Assembly (NCBI GenBank): GCA_000998135.1
Contig: LCCV01000001.1
Location: forward strand, 8,958-72,957
Length of the DNA stretch: 64,000 nucleotides
From: Parcubacteria group bacterium GW2011_GWA2_42_14
Lineage (GTDB): Bacteria; Patescibacteriota; Minisyncoccia; Sungbacterales; GWA2-42-14
Direction of reading: 5' to 3'
Both the position numbers and the translations under genes were made by a program. Positions 52,771 through 62,258 of this stretch are shown piece after piece. The notes below the pieces were generated by a model. The model was given only the letters and a program-made list of their open reading frames with translations, ran no database searches and was not told where the DNA came from. Numbering within the stretch: the first letter of the stretch is position 1; each line of letters opens with the position of its first letter.

Positions 52771-54337
52771 AATCTAGAATGGTGCTGGGAAGCACTAAAA
52801 CGCTGGAGGGGATCGAGGCCCGTATGGGCTTCGGCAAGGGAAAAAAACCCGGCAATTGCGTCAGGAAGAAACATTACCCTTGTGAGGGCGGATAGTGGCG
52901 GATTCCCCGGCAGAAATGCCGCAGAAACCACAATTCCAACATCCTATTTTTGCCTCCCATTTTTCTTGACAAAAAATCCTGTATAGACTACATATTAAAG
53001 TCCAACCTTAAAAACATAAAAAACAGGCCGTTTGGCGAAAAAAGCCCATAATTCCTACATTAAGCAACACTCAGTGTTGCTAAGGGGTGTCGGCTGGCCA
53101 AAGACGCCGCTCCCACAAAAGAAGTATTTTTATCGTCAAAAAAAGCTCGTAATAATACCCTGAAGATCTAGGATTGAAGCATTCACAAATTCATATTTGT
53201 TAGAGAATAGCAGAAATTTACGGGTTTTTTCCGCCGATAAAAGGCGAAAAGTTTACCGCAGTTCAAAATACACCGACGGGTGTAGGGTGCTCGGAATGCC
53301 CGTGGCATCCCTGCGGTTCTGCTTAGCAGCCAAACCGGCTGCAAACAAAAACTTGGGCTAGGCGGGAAGGTCGCACCAGGAACACAAGCGTAAAGGTACC
53401 AGCCCGCCGAAAGGATCGGAAGTAGGTCTGCCCAAGCGGGGCCGGGAGATATTAGGACAGAAATAAAGTCAAAAATCTCCCGGCTCCACCCTTTTTTTAA
53501 AAATTAAAAATAAAAAATCGGCTGTTGATTAATGGATAACTCGTTACATGTTTCATGTCACATGTTTCAGGAAAATCTATTAATCAGCCGCCGATACCAG
53601 CCCTAACTCCACTAAAGCGCAATGCGCTGGAAGGACTGGTCAAAACGGTGGCTCAAAATACAATACTGCGGCTGTTGCTTGACTGCGCGCGAAAGCGAAG
53701 CAGAAAGGCGATAGAAGAGGTAGCCCCTCTTACCGGCCGGCCTTGGATTATTGGCCGGTTCCGCAAAAAAATCGCAAACTGGGCCTTGAGTTTCGCGGCG
53801 AAATTTAACGCGAAGTACGAGGGGACGCTCCTCACTCGCCGCGCAACTGACAAACGGACCCCAACAAGAAGGGTTCGGGCCAAACTACAAACAGCTTCTT
53901 GGTGGGAATGTGGAGCGTCCTGTACAGGTGTTCGCAAACGAACAAACCGCCTGAAAAGACCGGTCCTGTACACCCAGCAACCCTCCACCAAGAACCATCT
54001 TCGGCGCCGCTTACCGCGGACGCCGAAGGACTCGCCAACCAAGGCGGGTCATTTCAACCCCTCGACGCCAGACCGAGACCGAGAAGGCTTATAAAATCGG
54101 CGTCGAGCATCGCCGTACCCGGAAAACGGGAAGCGGCAGCGCAGGGACGAATCCGCAAGGGTACGGAGCACACACCAGCACCAGCCGCTCCACCCAATTC
54201 GGGCCCGCGCAACCAACCCGCCCGACCGATTACAAATCAGTTTAGGGCGGGTCCCAAAAAAAACCGTCCCTCCCGCTTGCGGGAGGGACGACAAAATAAT
54301 TCAAGAAGCCTTGTCTCGCGACAAGGCCTGTTTTTTA
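52771..54337 (+). ncRNA. Candidate large structured non-coding RNA of about 1.57 kb, or two RNAs split near 53500. I could not assign it to any known family.
   Basis: No credible ORF; only overlapping spurious ORFs on both strands, as expected for GC-rich sequence. GC content is far above the genomic background. A consensus promoter lies upstream and a strong intrinsic terminator downstream. There are many nested GC helices with GNRA/tetraloop caps: gtgct-GGGA-agcac, cggca-GAAA-tgccg, gcaacac-tca-gtgttgc, gcagcc-aaac-cggctgc, cttcggcg...cgccgaag, ctcgacgcc...ggcgtcgag, gtaccc...gggtac, and ccgtccctcccgc-ttg-cgggagggacg. Confidence 0.5.
54303..54337 (+). terminator. Strong rho-independent terminator.
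   Basis: Stem gccttgtc-tcgcg-acaaggc followed by ctgttttttattt. Confidence 0.7.
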
Positions 54338-54358
54338 TTTATTTGTTTCAATATGAGG

Positions 54359-55021
54359 TTAAATCTGCTTTTGGCCGTAAAATTGGGCAAGGTCATGCGG
54401 AACTTTTGGTTTAATATAAGGCCTCAAAAAAATAAGTATTATTAATCCGATAAGGCTGAAAGTTCCGCTGACAAAAAAAATCGGGCGAATCCCGACAATG
54501 GCCGCAAGAATTCCGGAAAACAAACTTCCCAAAGCAGTTCCTGCTCCAATGGAAAAACTTGACCAAAGCGACCATTCAAATGCTTCCTTGTCTTTATCCA
54601 AATGGCGTGAAAACATTCCAAAAAAAGGCGGAACATACAGCGCGTACCCGACCGCTAACAAAATTTGAAGAAAATAAATTTGCCAGACCGAGCCGACAAA
54701 ATAATACATAAATTGCACAACCATAATAACGGCAAGGCCTATAAGCATTGAATAATAATCATCAATTTCTCCGTGGTTTTTATCAAGCTGGCGGGCAACC
54801 GGCAGCTGCACTATTGATTTTACCGCCCAAAAAATTGCCACGGCAATTCCCACGACGGTTACCGGCGCCAAAATATCATTCACGATAAACAGCGCAAAGA
54901 GAGGCGTAATGAAAGCCGTTGAAGCCCCAATGACAAATTCGGCAAAAATAATAATCAAAATAACCTGATTTATTTGGGGAAATGAAAATTTTGGAAAATT
55001 TACGTTAAATATAAATTTCAT
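54359..55021 (-). CDS. Membrane transporter-like protein (MFS-type half); the N-terminus of the tracked ORF comes from a repeat.
   Basis: Six TM helices. The start is placed at MKFIFNV because upstream codons fall in repeat family D. Confidence 0.4.
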   Translation of the reverse strand: MKFIFNVNFPKFSFPQINQVILIIIFAEFVIGASTAFITPLFALFIVNDILAPVTVVGIAVAIFWAVKSIVQLPVARQLDKNHGEIDDYYSMLIGLAVIMVVQFMYYFVGSVWQIYFLQILLAVGYALYVPPFFGMFSRHLDKDKEAFEWSLWSSFSIGAGTALGSLFSGILAAIVGIRPIFFVSGTFSLIGLIILIFLRPYIKPKVPHDLAQFYGQKQI

Positions 55022-55246
55022 GTTTTTATTGAAACTATCAAATAATTTATTGCCCGAGCCTGTCGAAGGCATACCTTAAGAATCTATAGAATAATGTAAC
55101 CCTTCGACTTCGCTCGGCTTCGCTCAGGGAATAATTCAACACTCTTATTTATTATAGCAAAAAATCAAAAGCCCCGCTATAAGCGGAGCTTTTGGCTTAA
55201 AAATATCTGTGTTAATCCGCGTTATTATCAGTGTTTATCCGCGTTT

Positions 55247-56422
55247 CTATTGAACAGCGAGATTCGCCCTTACTCTTCCCCAGCCGTAATCATTGTCTTT
55301 TCCTGACTTTCCCAAATCCTTGGCCGTAGAAAGCAAAGCATTTTGCACTTGAGCTACTGTCAAAGTCGGATGTGCGGATTTAACTAAGGCCACAGTTCCC
55401 GAAACAACTGGTGTAGCCATGCTTGTTCCGCTCCAAGAAGCATAGCTTGAACCGAGTGTTGAAGAATAAATGGTAACTCCCGGCGCGGAAATATCAACCG
55501 CACTCCCCCTTCCAGAAAAACTGGCGACCTTATCAAAGTCATTAACAGCGCCAACCGTAGTTGAATAACTTATACATCCTGGAATGGAAACTCCTGCCCT
55601 GCCGCTGTTTCCGGCAGCCACCACAACCAAAACTCCGTGGTCAACGGCATATTTAATCGCCGCAGTTAAAGAAGGCAGTACACTATCACAAAATCCTTTA
55701 TAAACATAGGGCTTTCCTGTTCCAAGACTCAAACTAATGGCATCAACAACAACATCATCGCTAGTACCTGCCAAACCATCTGCTCCTTTAGTAGCCACAT
55801 CAACCGCCCAATAAATCGCTTCTTCCACATCGCTGAAATATCCCGAACCGGCGGCATCAAGAACTTTTCCGGCAATTACTCCTGCATCGGGCGCTACGCC
55901 CTTGGCAGTTGCATTTACCCCATCAGCAGTAATAATTCCCGCAACATGACTGCCGTGCCCATTATCGTCTGCCGGGTCATCATCATTATTTACAAAATCT
56001 TTTCCTCCGAGGTAGCTTGAAGAAAGTTCCGGATGACCGTAGTTATAACCGGTATCCAAAACAACAACTTTTCTACCGCTACCCGTGTTTCCATTGGTTT
56101 GAACCGCATTGGCTCCAATCTGGGCATTGGCCGTAGAATCCTGCGCAAAAACCCTTATATCTTCCTGAAGTCCAAGTTGTGTTCCTATATTAGGGTCGCA
56201 ACTTAACACGGTAAGCGCCTTTCCGCTTTCTTTAACTTTCTTACATCCCATAGCAATTCCTTGAGCTGCCCGTTCCGGAAGTTCTGTTACAAAGCGCGCT
56301 TTTGGGCCTTTATCCGGCGAAGCAAGAGTTATTTGATACAGACCCCATAGCAAAAGGGCTCCTATTAATACAAAAATAAATGAATAAAATAATGCTTTTT
56401 GCTTATTGAGCGTATTTATCAT
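55247..56422 (-). CDS. Secreted subtilisin-like serine protease (S8).
   Basis: Signal peptide, then the catalytic triad motifs VVVLDTGY (Asp), HGSHVAGI (His) and GTSMATPVVSG (Ser). Confidence 0.9.
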   Translation of the reverse strand: MINTLNKQKALFYSFIFVLIGALLLWGLYQITLASPDKGPKARFVTELPERAAQGIAMGCKKVKESGKALTVLSCDPNIGTQLGLQEDIRVFAQDSTANAQIGANAVQTNGNTGSGRKVVVLDTGYNYGHPELSSSYLGGKDFVNNDDDPADDNGHGSHVAGIITADGVNATAKGVAPDAGVIAGKVLDAAGSGYFSDVEEAIYWAVDVATKGADGLAGTSDDVVVDAISLSLGTGKPYVYKGFCDSVLPSLTAAIKYAVDHGVLVVVAAGNSGRAGVSIPGCISYSTTVGAVNDFDKVASFSGRGSAVDISAPGVTIYSSTLGSSYASWSGTSMATPVVSGTVALVKSAHPTLTVAQVQNALLSTAKDLGKSGKDNDYGWGRVRANLAVQ

Positions 56423-56685
56423 AAATTTTGTTAAAAAGTTGCTGTTTTGCCAAGAAAAATGGATTATTTATAAGCTAAATTTCCTTTGCAAAAAGCTGTT
56501 TTAGATTATGTTTTAATTATACTATAAAATTTATTAAAAGTCAATAGTTCAGGCGTTATGCTGCTTTCCTCAATCGGGTATCAAAAATCGCCAAAACATA
56601 GGCACAAACAACGGCAATGATTCCCGCGATGGCAACACTAAATAATATGTCCGCAAAAAGGTTAAAAATACCTGAACACATAAAA

Positions 56686-56883
56686 TTATAAAGCCGAATC
56701 TATTTCGTCTTTAATGATGTGGAGCTGATTGCGAATTGCTTCATCTATTCGAGCCCTATCTAATCCGCCAAGAAAACGAGAAAATTCTATTAGTTTATCC
56801 AATGTTTCTGTGTTTTTCTCTTTCTCCCTTGCCTCCTGTCTTATATTGTATGGTGGTTTCGGCCCGCCTTCCATAAAACCCAT
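56686..56883 (-). CDS. Small hypothetical protein.
   Basis: A 65-aa ORF. Confidence 0.3.
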   Translation of the reverse strand: MGFMEGGPKPPYNIRQEAREKEKNTETLDKLIEFSRFLGGLDRARIDEAIRNQLHIIKDEIDSAL

Positions 56884-56899
56884 AGATTTATAAAATTAG

Positions 56900-57045
56900 C
56901 CTAATACGGGGCTGTCCCAAAACTGTCATTCCGAATTTTGTAAAGAATCTCAATTATTTAGAAACGGCTTAAATACAAGATTCTTCGCTTCGCTCAGAAT
57001 GACGAAAATACTGTTTTCGTAGTTTTGGGACAGCCCCAATACATA
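56900..57045. repeat. Composite inverted-repeat element of the GTCATTCTGAGCGAAGCGAAGAATC family.
   Basis: Outer arms ggggctgtcccaaaac / gttttgggacagcccc. Inner arms tgtcattccgaa / ctcagaatgacg flank attcttcgcttcgctcagaatgac. Confidence 0.6.
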
Positions 57046-57113
57046 GGTTCTTTATAAAGCTTAACACCAATCCAAATTATAGTTTAATTAAAAAATAATG
57101 CAAGCGGAGTTAT

Positions 57114-58424
57114 TCAGAAGAGGCTCGCCTGTTTGGAAATCTCTCTCCTCTCCCCTTCCTCGAAAATTCTCACTTTGCCGTAAAGACCGTCGTAGCCGGG
57201 CTCTATATGAAGCCGCCCCTCGCGAACCCGCATAATACCCTCAACAATTTCCGGCTTAATTTTTCCTTCAAGGTCAGCGCGGGAAACATCAAATAGTACC
57301 GATATCTCGTTTCCGAATTCAGCAACAATATTCTTAAACTCCTCCTGAATTTTTTTTGTCGTAGCCGAAGCAACCCCTAATGACTCGGCAATAATCTCAT
57401 CAAGCGGAACCATATTTTTATACGGAATCGCTTTTTCCGGTTTAAATCCTTCAGATTTAAATCCTTCCGGTCTATCCGCCAATTCTTCCACACGGCTCAT
57501 CACTCCCACGGTAACCTTTTTTCCGCACTTGGGGCAAAGGCCTTTTAATTTTCTGGTTTCTTCGGGAGCAAGCCTGATATTGCAATCCCTATGGCCGTCA
57601 TAGTGATAAATCCCCTCTTCCGGAAAAAATTCTATGGTGGAAAGAAAACGTTTGGGGTCTTTAGATTTTATTGCTTCAATAATCCCGTTATATGAAAGTT
57701 CTGCGTCAAAAATATTCGCTTCTCGCCCAATGCGTCTTAAAGAATGGCTGTCGGAATTGGAAATCAGCGCATATTTATCAAGCGCTGAAACCCGCCAATT
57801 CATGGCCGGGTCACTAGACAAACCCGTTTCCAGAGCAAAAATATGCTTTGAGTACTCATCAAAACATTCTTCAATTGAATCAAAACCGGATTTGGAACCG
57901 AACACGGAAAACCAAGGGGTCCATATATGCGCCGGAACAAAAAAACAATTGGGGTCGGCATTTAAGACAATCTTCAAAAGCTCTTTAGAATCAAGCCCCA
58001 AAATCGGCCGGCCATCGGATTTAATATTTCCGCGGATATTCAACTGCGCGTTTATTTTTTCCGCCGTCTCAACTGACGACGCAAAAATCAGATTGTGAAT
58101 TCTTCTAACCTTCCCGCCTTTGGAATAAATGCTTGAAATTTCCACCGTCAGCATAAAACGCGTTTTGGAATTTGAGTTTTGGTCATTTGAATTTATTAGG
58201 GATTTGGGATTTGGGATTTGGGATTTTAGTTTAAAGATTCCTTGCTCCGCCGGCTCCAGTTTCTCTTTAATTTCTTTTATCCATTTAGGATGCGTAAAAT
58301 CTCCAGTCCCCATAACCGTAATTCCCTTGAGCCCTGCCCAATAATCCAAATTCTCCAAAGTCATTTCTTTGGAAACCGCGCGCGCGTATGGCGAATGAAT
58401 ATGAAAATCAGCAATTATTCTCAT
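57114..58424 (-). CDS. PHP-domain protein with a Zn-ribbon (EndoQ-like / TIGR00375-type).
   Basis: MRIIADFHIHSPYA marks the PHP N-terminus; the HIWTPWFSVFG, DSHSLRRIG and CPKCGKK motifs follow. An in-frame repeat A insertion, KSQIPNPKSLINSNDQNSNSK, is present. Confidence 0.5.
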   Translation of the reverse strand: MRIIADFHIHSPYARAVSKEMTLENLDYWAGLKGITVMGTGDFTHPKWIKEIKEKLEPAEQGIFKLKSQIPNPKSLINSNDQNSNSKTRFMLTVEISSIYSKGGKVRRIHNLIFASSVETAEKINAQLNIRGNIKSDGRPILGLDSKELLKIVLNADPNCFFVPAHIWTPWFSVFGSKSGFDSIEECFDEYSKHIFALETGLSSDPAMNWRVSALDKYALISNSDSHSLRRIGREANIFDAELSYNGIIEAIKSKDPKRFLSTIEFFPEEGIYHYDGHRDCNIRLAPEETRKLKGLCPKCGKKVTVGVMSRVEELADRPEGFKSEGFKPEKAIPYKNMVPLDEIIAESLGVASATTKKIQEEFKNIVAEFGNEISVLFDVSRADLEGKIKPEIVEGIMRVREGRLHIEPGYDGLYGKVRIFEEGERREISKQASLF

Positions 58425-58476
58425 ACGGACATATTGTAAAGTATTTTTGAAAAGAAAAAAAGCCGTTAAAACGGCT

Positions 58477-58854
58477 TTACTTACTCTCTGCTTTTTCCTG
58501 GGCCGATAATTCAAAAAAAGTTATTACAAAATTAACTAAGGCCAAAACCACAAAAAAGAGAGCTAATCCCAGATAACCAAACATAAAAAACTCTTCCATC
58601 GCAATTCCCCACCAAAGGGCAACCACGCCAAATATTACCGCAACTACCGCCCAATAAATCGCCCAAAAGGTTAAAACAAACGGCATCCGCTTAGTATCAA
58701 CCATACGATCAAAACCATAAATCATCCATCCCCATACAACCACCAAAATCGAGGGAATAACCTGAACAAACTCAAGGTTCGGCCAAATTTTAAAGTACGT
58801 AAAGAACAATCCGGCACTCATTAAAAATAACCCAGCCGCGTTCCACTTTCGCAC
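58477..58854 (-). CDS. Membrane protein, hypothetical.
   Basis: A 125-aa ORF with four TM helices. Confidence 0.4.
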   Translation of the reverse strand: MRKWNAAGLFLMSAGLFFTYFKIWPNLEFVQVIPSILVVVWGWMIYGFDRMVDTKRMPFVLTFWAIYWAVVAVIFGVVALWWGIAMEEFFMFGYLGLALFFVVLALVNFVITFFELSAQEKAESK

Positions 58855-58927
58855 TGTATTTTCTCCTTATTTTTAAAGGCCTATCAGCATAATAATTAAT
58901 CCGTAAAAATAGTCAAGTATTGTATTT

Positions 58928-58965
58928 TTTACTATACCCCTTATTCGCGCGAATAAGGGGTATAG
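58928..58965. repeat. Perfect palindrome.
   Basis: Sequence ctatacccttattcgcgcgaataaggggtatag. Confidence 0.6.
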
Positions 58966-59033
58966 TTTAACGCGCAAAAATTTGGCCGGCAATTAAAAAG
59001 CCGCGGGCAAACGCGGCACTGACTAAAAATTAT

Positions 59034-59258
59034 TTATTTATTTTCTTTATCTTCTTCCAAACTATTATTCTCCGGCTTTTTAAACCATTTTTTAAAATAA
59101 TTTCCTCCGCCGAAAAGCCATAAACCGGCGACAATCAAAAGAATGCCCGGAACAAACGGAACAAAAAGAGATAATATCCCGAGAAAAATCAAAACCAGTC
59201 CTAAAAATTTTCTGAATAAATTTAAAAACCAAGAAAACATAAAATCTTTTTTCGTCAT
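59034..59258 (-). CDS. Small membrane protein, DUF454/YbaN-like.
   Basis: The core, MTKKDFMFSWFLNLFRKFLGLVLIFLGILSLFVPFVPGILLIVAGLWLFGGGNYF, fits the family. The tracked ORF's N-terminal 35 codons are encoded by a palindromic repeat and are excluded. Confidence 0.45.
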   Translation of the reverse strand: MTKKDFMFSWFLNLFRKFLGLVLIFLGILSLFVPFVPGILLIVAGLWLFGGGNYFKKWFKKPENNSLEEDKENK

Positions 59259-59512
59259 TGCGAGGAGCGAAGTAATACGGCAATCCCACACATAAATCAT
59301 ACATAAATCCAAAAGATTGCTTCCCGCCACGCTCCCCTCGGTCGCTCGCGGTCGCAATGACACGAAACGCGTAAGTCCTAATATTTTTAAAAAGTATCCG
59401 CGTATATCCGCGTATCCGCCTCGATTATCCCCCGGATAATCAAGTCCGCTTCTACGAGCCGCAGACCATAATTAAAATGCAAAAGAAAGTTGCCAAACAA
59501 GATAAACAAATA

Positions 59513-62176
59513 TTATCTCCTATGAAACAGGAAAAATTTCAGAACTTCCGCAACCAACAATGAGCCCAACCCGTAACTGACTATAATAGCCCAATCGGAA
59601 AAATTCAAGGGAACTGTTTTAAGAAGCGATTGCAAAAACGGAACATAAACCGCCGACAAAAGCATTAAAAACCCTATTACAATAGACGGTATCATATAAG
59701 GATTTTCTTTTAAAGAAACTTTCCAAAAGGGCTTATGAAAATTCCTGATGCTTAAAATATAAAAAAGGGAGTCCCCGCCGACAAAAAGAAACAGCATAGT
59801 TCTGATATAAGAAATATCCCTGCCCTGCGAAAGAAAAAGCAGAAAAAAAGAAATAATAACGGAGATAGTAATCAGTCCGAAAAACAGGGTCAGTAAAAAA
59901 GAGCGCCGGTCAAAAAGCTTGCGAAAAAATTCCGGTTTTTCTTTCATAACCTCCCCATTGCCCTCTTCAAAAGCAAGGGCGGTATTGGGCAAAGTGTCCT
60001 CTACCAAATTTATCCAAAGAATCTGTGCCGGAAGTAAGGGAAGGGGGTATCCCATAATGATGCTAAAAGAAACCAGAATTGTTTCGGCAAAGGCGTCTGA
60101 CAGCAAAAAAACAACAATCTTCCTGATATTTTCAAAAATTATTCTCCCCTCTTTGATAGCCGTAACAATTCCGGAAAAGCTGTTGTTAATTAAAACTATA
60201 TCCGATGCTTCTTTGGCCAAGTCGGTTCCGGAACCAAGCGCCACCCCGATATCGGCCCTGCGAAGGGCGGGTGCATCATTTACCCCGTCTCCGGTCATGG
60301 CTAAAACATCGCCGTGTTTCTGCCAGCCCTCAACAATGCGCAATTTCTGCTCCGGAGTAACTCTGGCAAAAACGTCAATTTTGGAGACCCTTTTTTGAAA
60401 ATCCGCATCCGACATTTTATCAAATTCTTTTCCGTCAATAATATGAGTGCGATGGCTTTCGGTAATAATTCCGACCTCTTCGGCAATTGCTTCAGCCGTA
60501 AAACGATGGTCTCCGGTAATCAAGACCGTGCCAATGCCGGCTTCATGCGCAATTCTTACCGCTTCTTTGGCATCAGAACGAAGCGGGTCGCGAAGCGCTA
60601 TAAGCCCAACAAAAACAAAGTCCTCCAAAAGATGTTCGGAATCATCAAGGGAATCTTTTTGGCTTAAACGGAATCCGGCGGCAATAACCCGAAGACCTTT
60701 TTGGGTGAGCCCTTCAAAATGGCGGAGAATTTCTCCTCTTTTGTTTTCGGTTAAAACTCCGTATGAACCATCAAGCTGAATTGAGCTGGAGCGGGAAAGA
60801 ATTATTTCAGGCGCTCCCAGCATAAATACAACATTCCGGTTTTGGTTAAGGTCGCGATGAAGAGCATAAGAATATTTCCGACCGGAATCAAAAGGAACAA
60901 AATCAATTCTGGGAAATTCTTTTAAAATATTTTCTTTCCTTAATCCTGTTTCAAATGCGGCCTTAACCAATGCTTTTTCCGTAGGATTGCCGTGAAGCTT
61001 CAATTCCTCAAGTTCGGCATCGGGATTTTCGATTTCCGCTTCCGAAAGCATCAAAGCAACGCGCAAAAGCGTTACATGGGAATTTTCTTTTTCCTCGGGA
61101 AACGGCTTTAAATATTTCTTCCCGTCATGAAGCAATTCTCCGGTTCCGGTAAGAAGCTGGGATACCTGCATATTCGCCTCGGTAAGAGTTCCTGTTTTAT
61201 CGGTCGCGATTAAAGACACCGAGCCCAAGGTTTGCGCCGCAAAAAGATGCCGCACTAAGGCCTGTTTTTTAAAAAGCTTCTGCATCCCGATAGCCATTAC
61301 AATGGTTACTGAAATGGCCAGGCCTTCTGGAACAGCGGCCACTGCCAAAGCGGCTGACGAAAGAAACATTTCCAAAGCATTTATATGGCGCCAAAATACG
61401 CCGAGCAAAAATAACGAAGACATAACAAAAACTATGGCCAGAGTAATATAGGAGGTAAGCGTTTTTAATTCTTTTTCCAGAGGGGTTTTTGTTTCCTCCA
61501 CTTCCGATACAAGTTCGGCAATTTTACCGATCTCGGTATTACTGCCGGTCGCGACCACCACACCTCTGCCCGCGCCCTCGGTAATAATGGTTCCGGCAAA
61601 AGCCATATTGGAACGGCTTAATAAATTAGTGCCTATCGGGATCATATTGGTATTTTTTTTAACTGCCAGCCATTCTCCGGTAAGGATTGCTTCATCAGCC
61701 AAAAAATTTTTGGAGGCAATAATTCTTGCATCCGCCGGAATTTTTTCTCCTGCCCTAAAAACAACAATATCTCCGGGCACGACCTCTTCTCTTTTTAACA
61801 AAAGCTCTTTTCCGTCCCGAATCACATAAGCCGATTCCTCCAGCGCCCTTTTTAAAGAAACAAAAGATTTTTCCGCTTTAGCTTCCTGCCAGAAACCAAG
61901 AAAAATATTGACCAGCACGGCCGCGCCGATTATTATGGCATCGGTATTATCCCCCAAAAAAAATGAAATGACCCCGGCCCCGACCAGAATTAAAATAAAG
62001 GCATTTTTAAACTGCCCCAAAAATATGGATAAAAAAGAGCGCCCTGCTCCGGTTTTAAATTCATTGGGGCCGTATTTTTCCAGGCGCTTTTTTGCTTCCT
62101 CAATCGAAAGGCCCGAGGGAGAAGTATGCAGTTTTTTTAGAACCGAATCAGCGGATTCGGCATGCCAGTTTTCCAT
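59513..62176 (-). CDS. P-type cation-transporting ATPase, Ca2+-type (IIA-like).
   Basis: The phosphorylation-site motif DKTGTLT, the hinge motif TGDGVNDAPALRRADIGVA, PEGL in TM4, and ten TM helices. Start placed at MENWHAES. Confidence 0.9.
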   Translation of the reverse strand: MENWHAESADSVLKKLHTSPSGLSIEEAKKRLEKYGPNEFKTGAGRSFLSIFLGQFKNAFILILVGAGVISFFLGDNTDAIIIGAAVLVNIFLGFWQEAKAEKSFVSLKRALEESAYVIRDGKELLLKREEVVPGDIVVFRAGEKIPADARIIASKNFLADEAILTGEWLAVKKNTNMIPIGTNLLSRSNMAFAGTIITEGAGRGVVVATGSNTEIGKIAELVSEVEETKTPLEKELKTLTSYITLAIVFVMSSLFLLGVFWRHINALEMFLSSAALAVAAVPEGLAISVTIVMAIGMQKLFKKQALVRHLFAAQTLGSVSLIATDKTGTLTEANMQVSQLLTGTGELLHDGKKYLKPFPEEKENSHVTLLRVALMLSEAEIENPDAELEELKLHGNPTEKALVKAAFETGLRKENILKEFPRIDFVPFDSGRKYSYALHRDLNQNRNVVFMLGAPEIILSRSSSIQLDGSYGVLTENKRGEILRHFEGLTQKGLRVIAAGFRLSQKDSLDDSEHLLEDFVFVGLIALRDPLRSDAKEAVRIAHEAGIGTVLITGDHRFTAEAIAEEVGIITESHRTHIIDGKEFDKMSDADFQKRVSKIDVFARVTPEQKLRIVEGWQKHGDVLAMTGDGVNDAPALRRADIGVALGSGTDLAKEASDIVLINNSFSGIVTAIKEGRIIFENIRKIVVFLLSDAFAETILVSFSIIMGYPLPLLPAQILWINLVEDTLPNTALAFEEGNGEVMKEKPEFFRKLFDRRSFLLTLFFGLITISVIISFFLLFLSQGRDISYIRTMLFLFVGGDSLFYILSIRNFHKPFWKVSLKENPYMIPSIVIGFLMLLSAVYVPFLQSLLKTVPLNFSDWAIIVSYGLGSLLVAEVLKFFLFHRR

Positions 62177-62258
62177 TCTGTAGAAGCTGATTCGTCGCTG
62201 ATTAGTACGCTGATTAAACGCTGATTCAGCGTATTTCGGCGTACTCAATCAGCGTATT

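Noticed and set aside
53555-54414. ORFs 53555-54094(+), 53899-54414(+), 53653-54042(-), 53832-54038(-) and 54049-54294(-) as protein-coding genes.
   Set aside because: They overlap one another on both strands, have Arg/Pro/Ala-rich low-complexity translations, no SD or start context, and a GC content alien to the genome. Stop-codon depletion in GC-rich sequence explains them. The region is treated as non-coding RNA.
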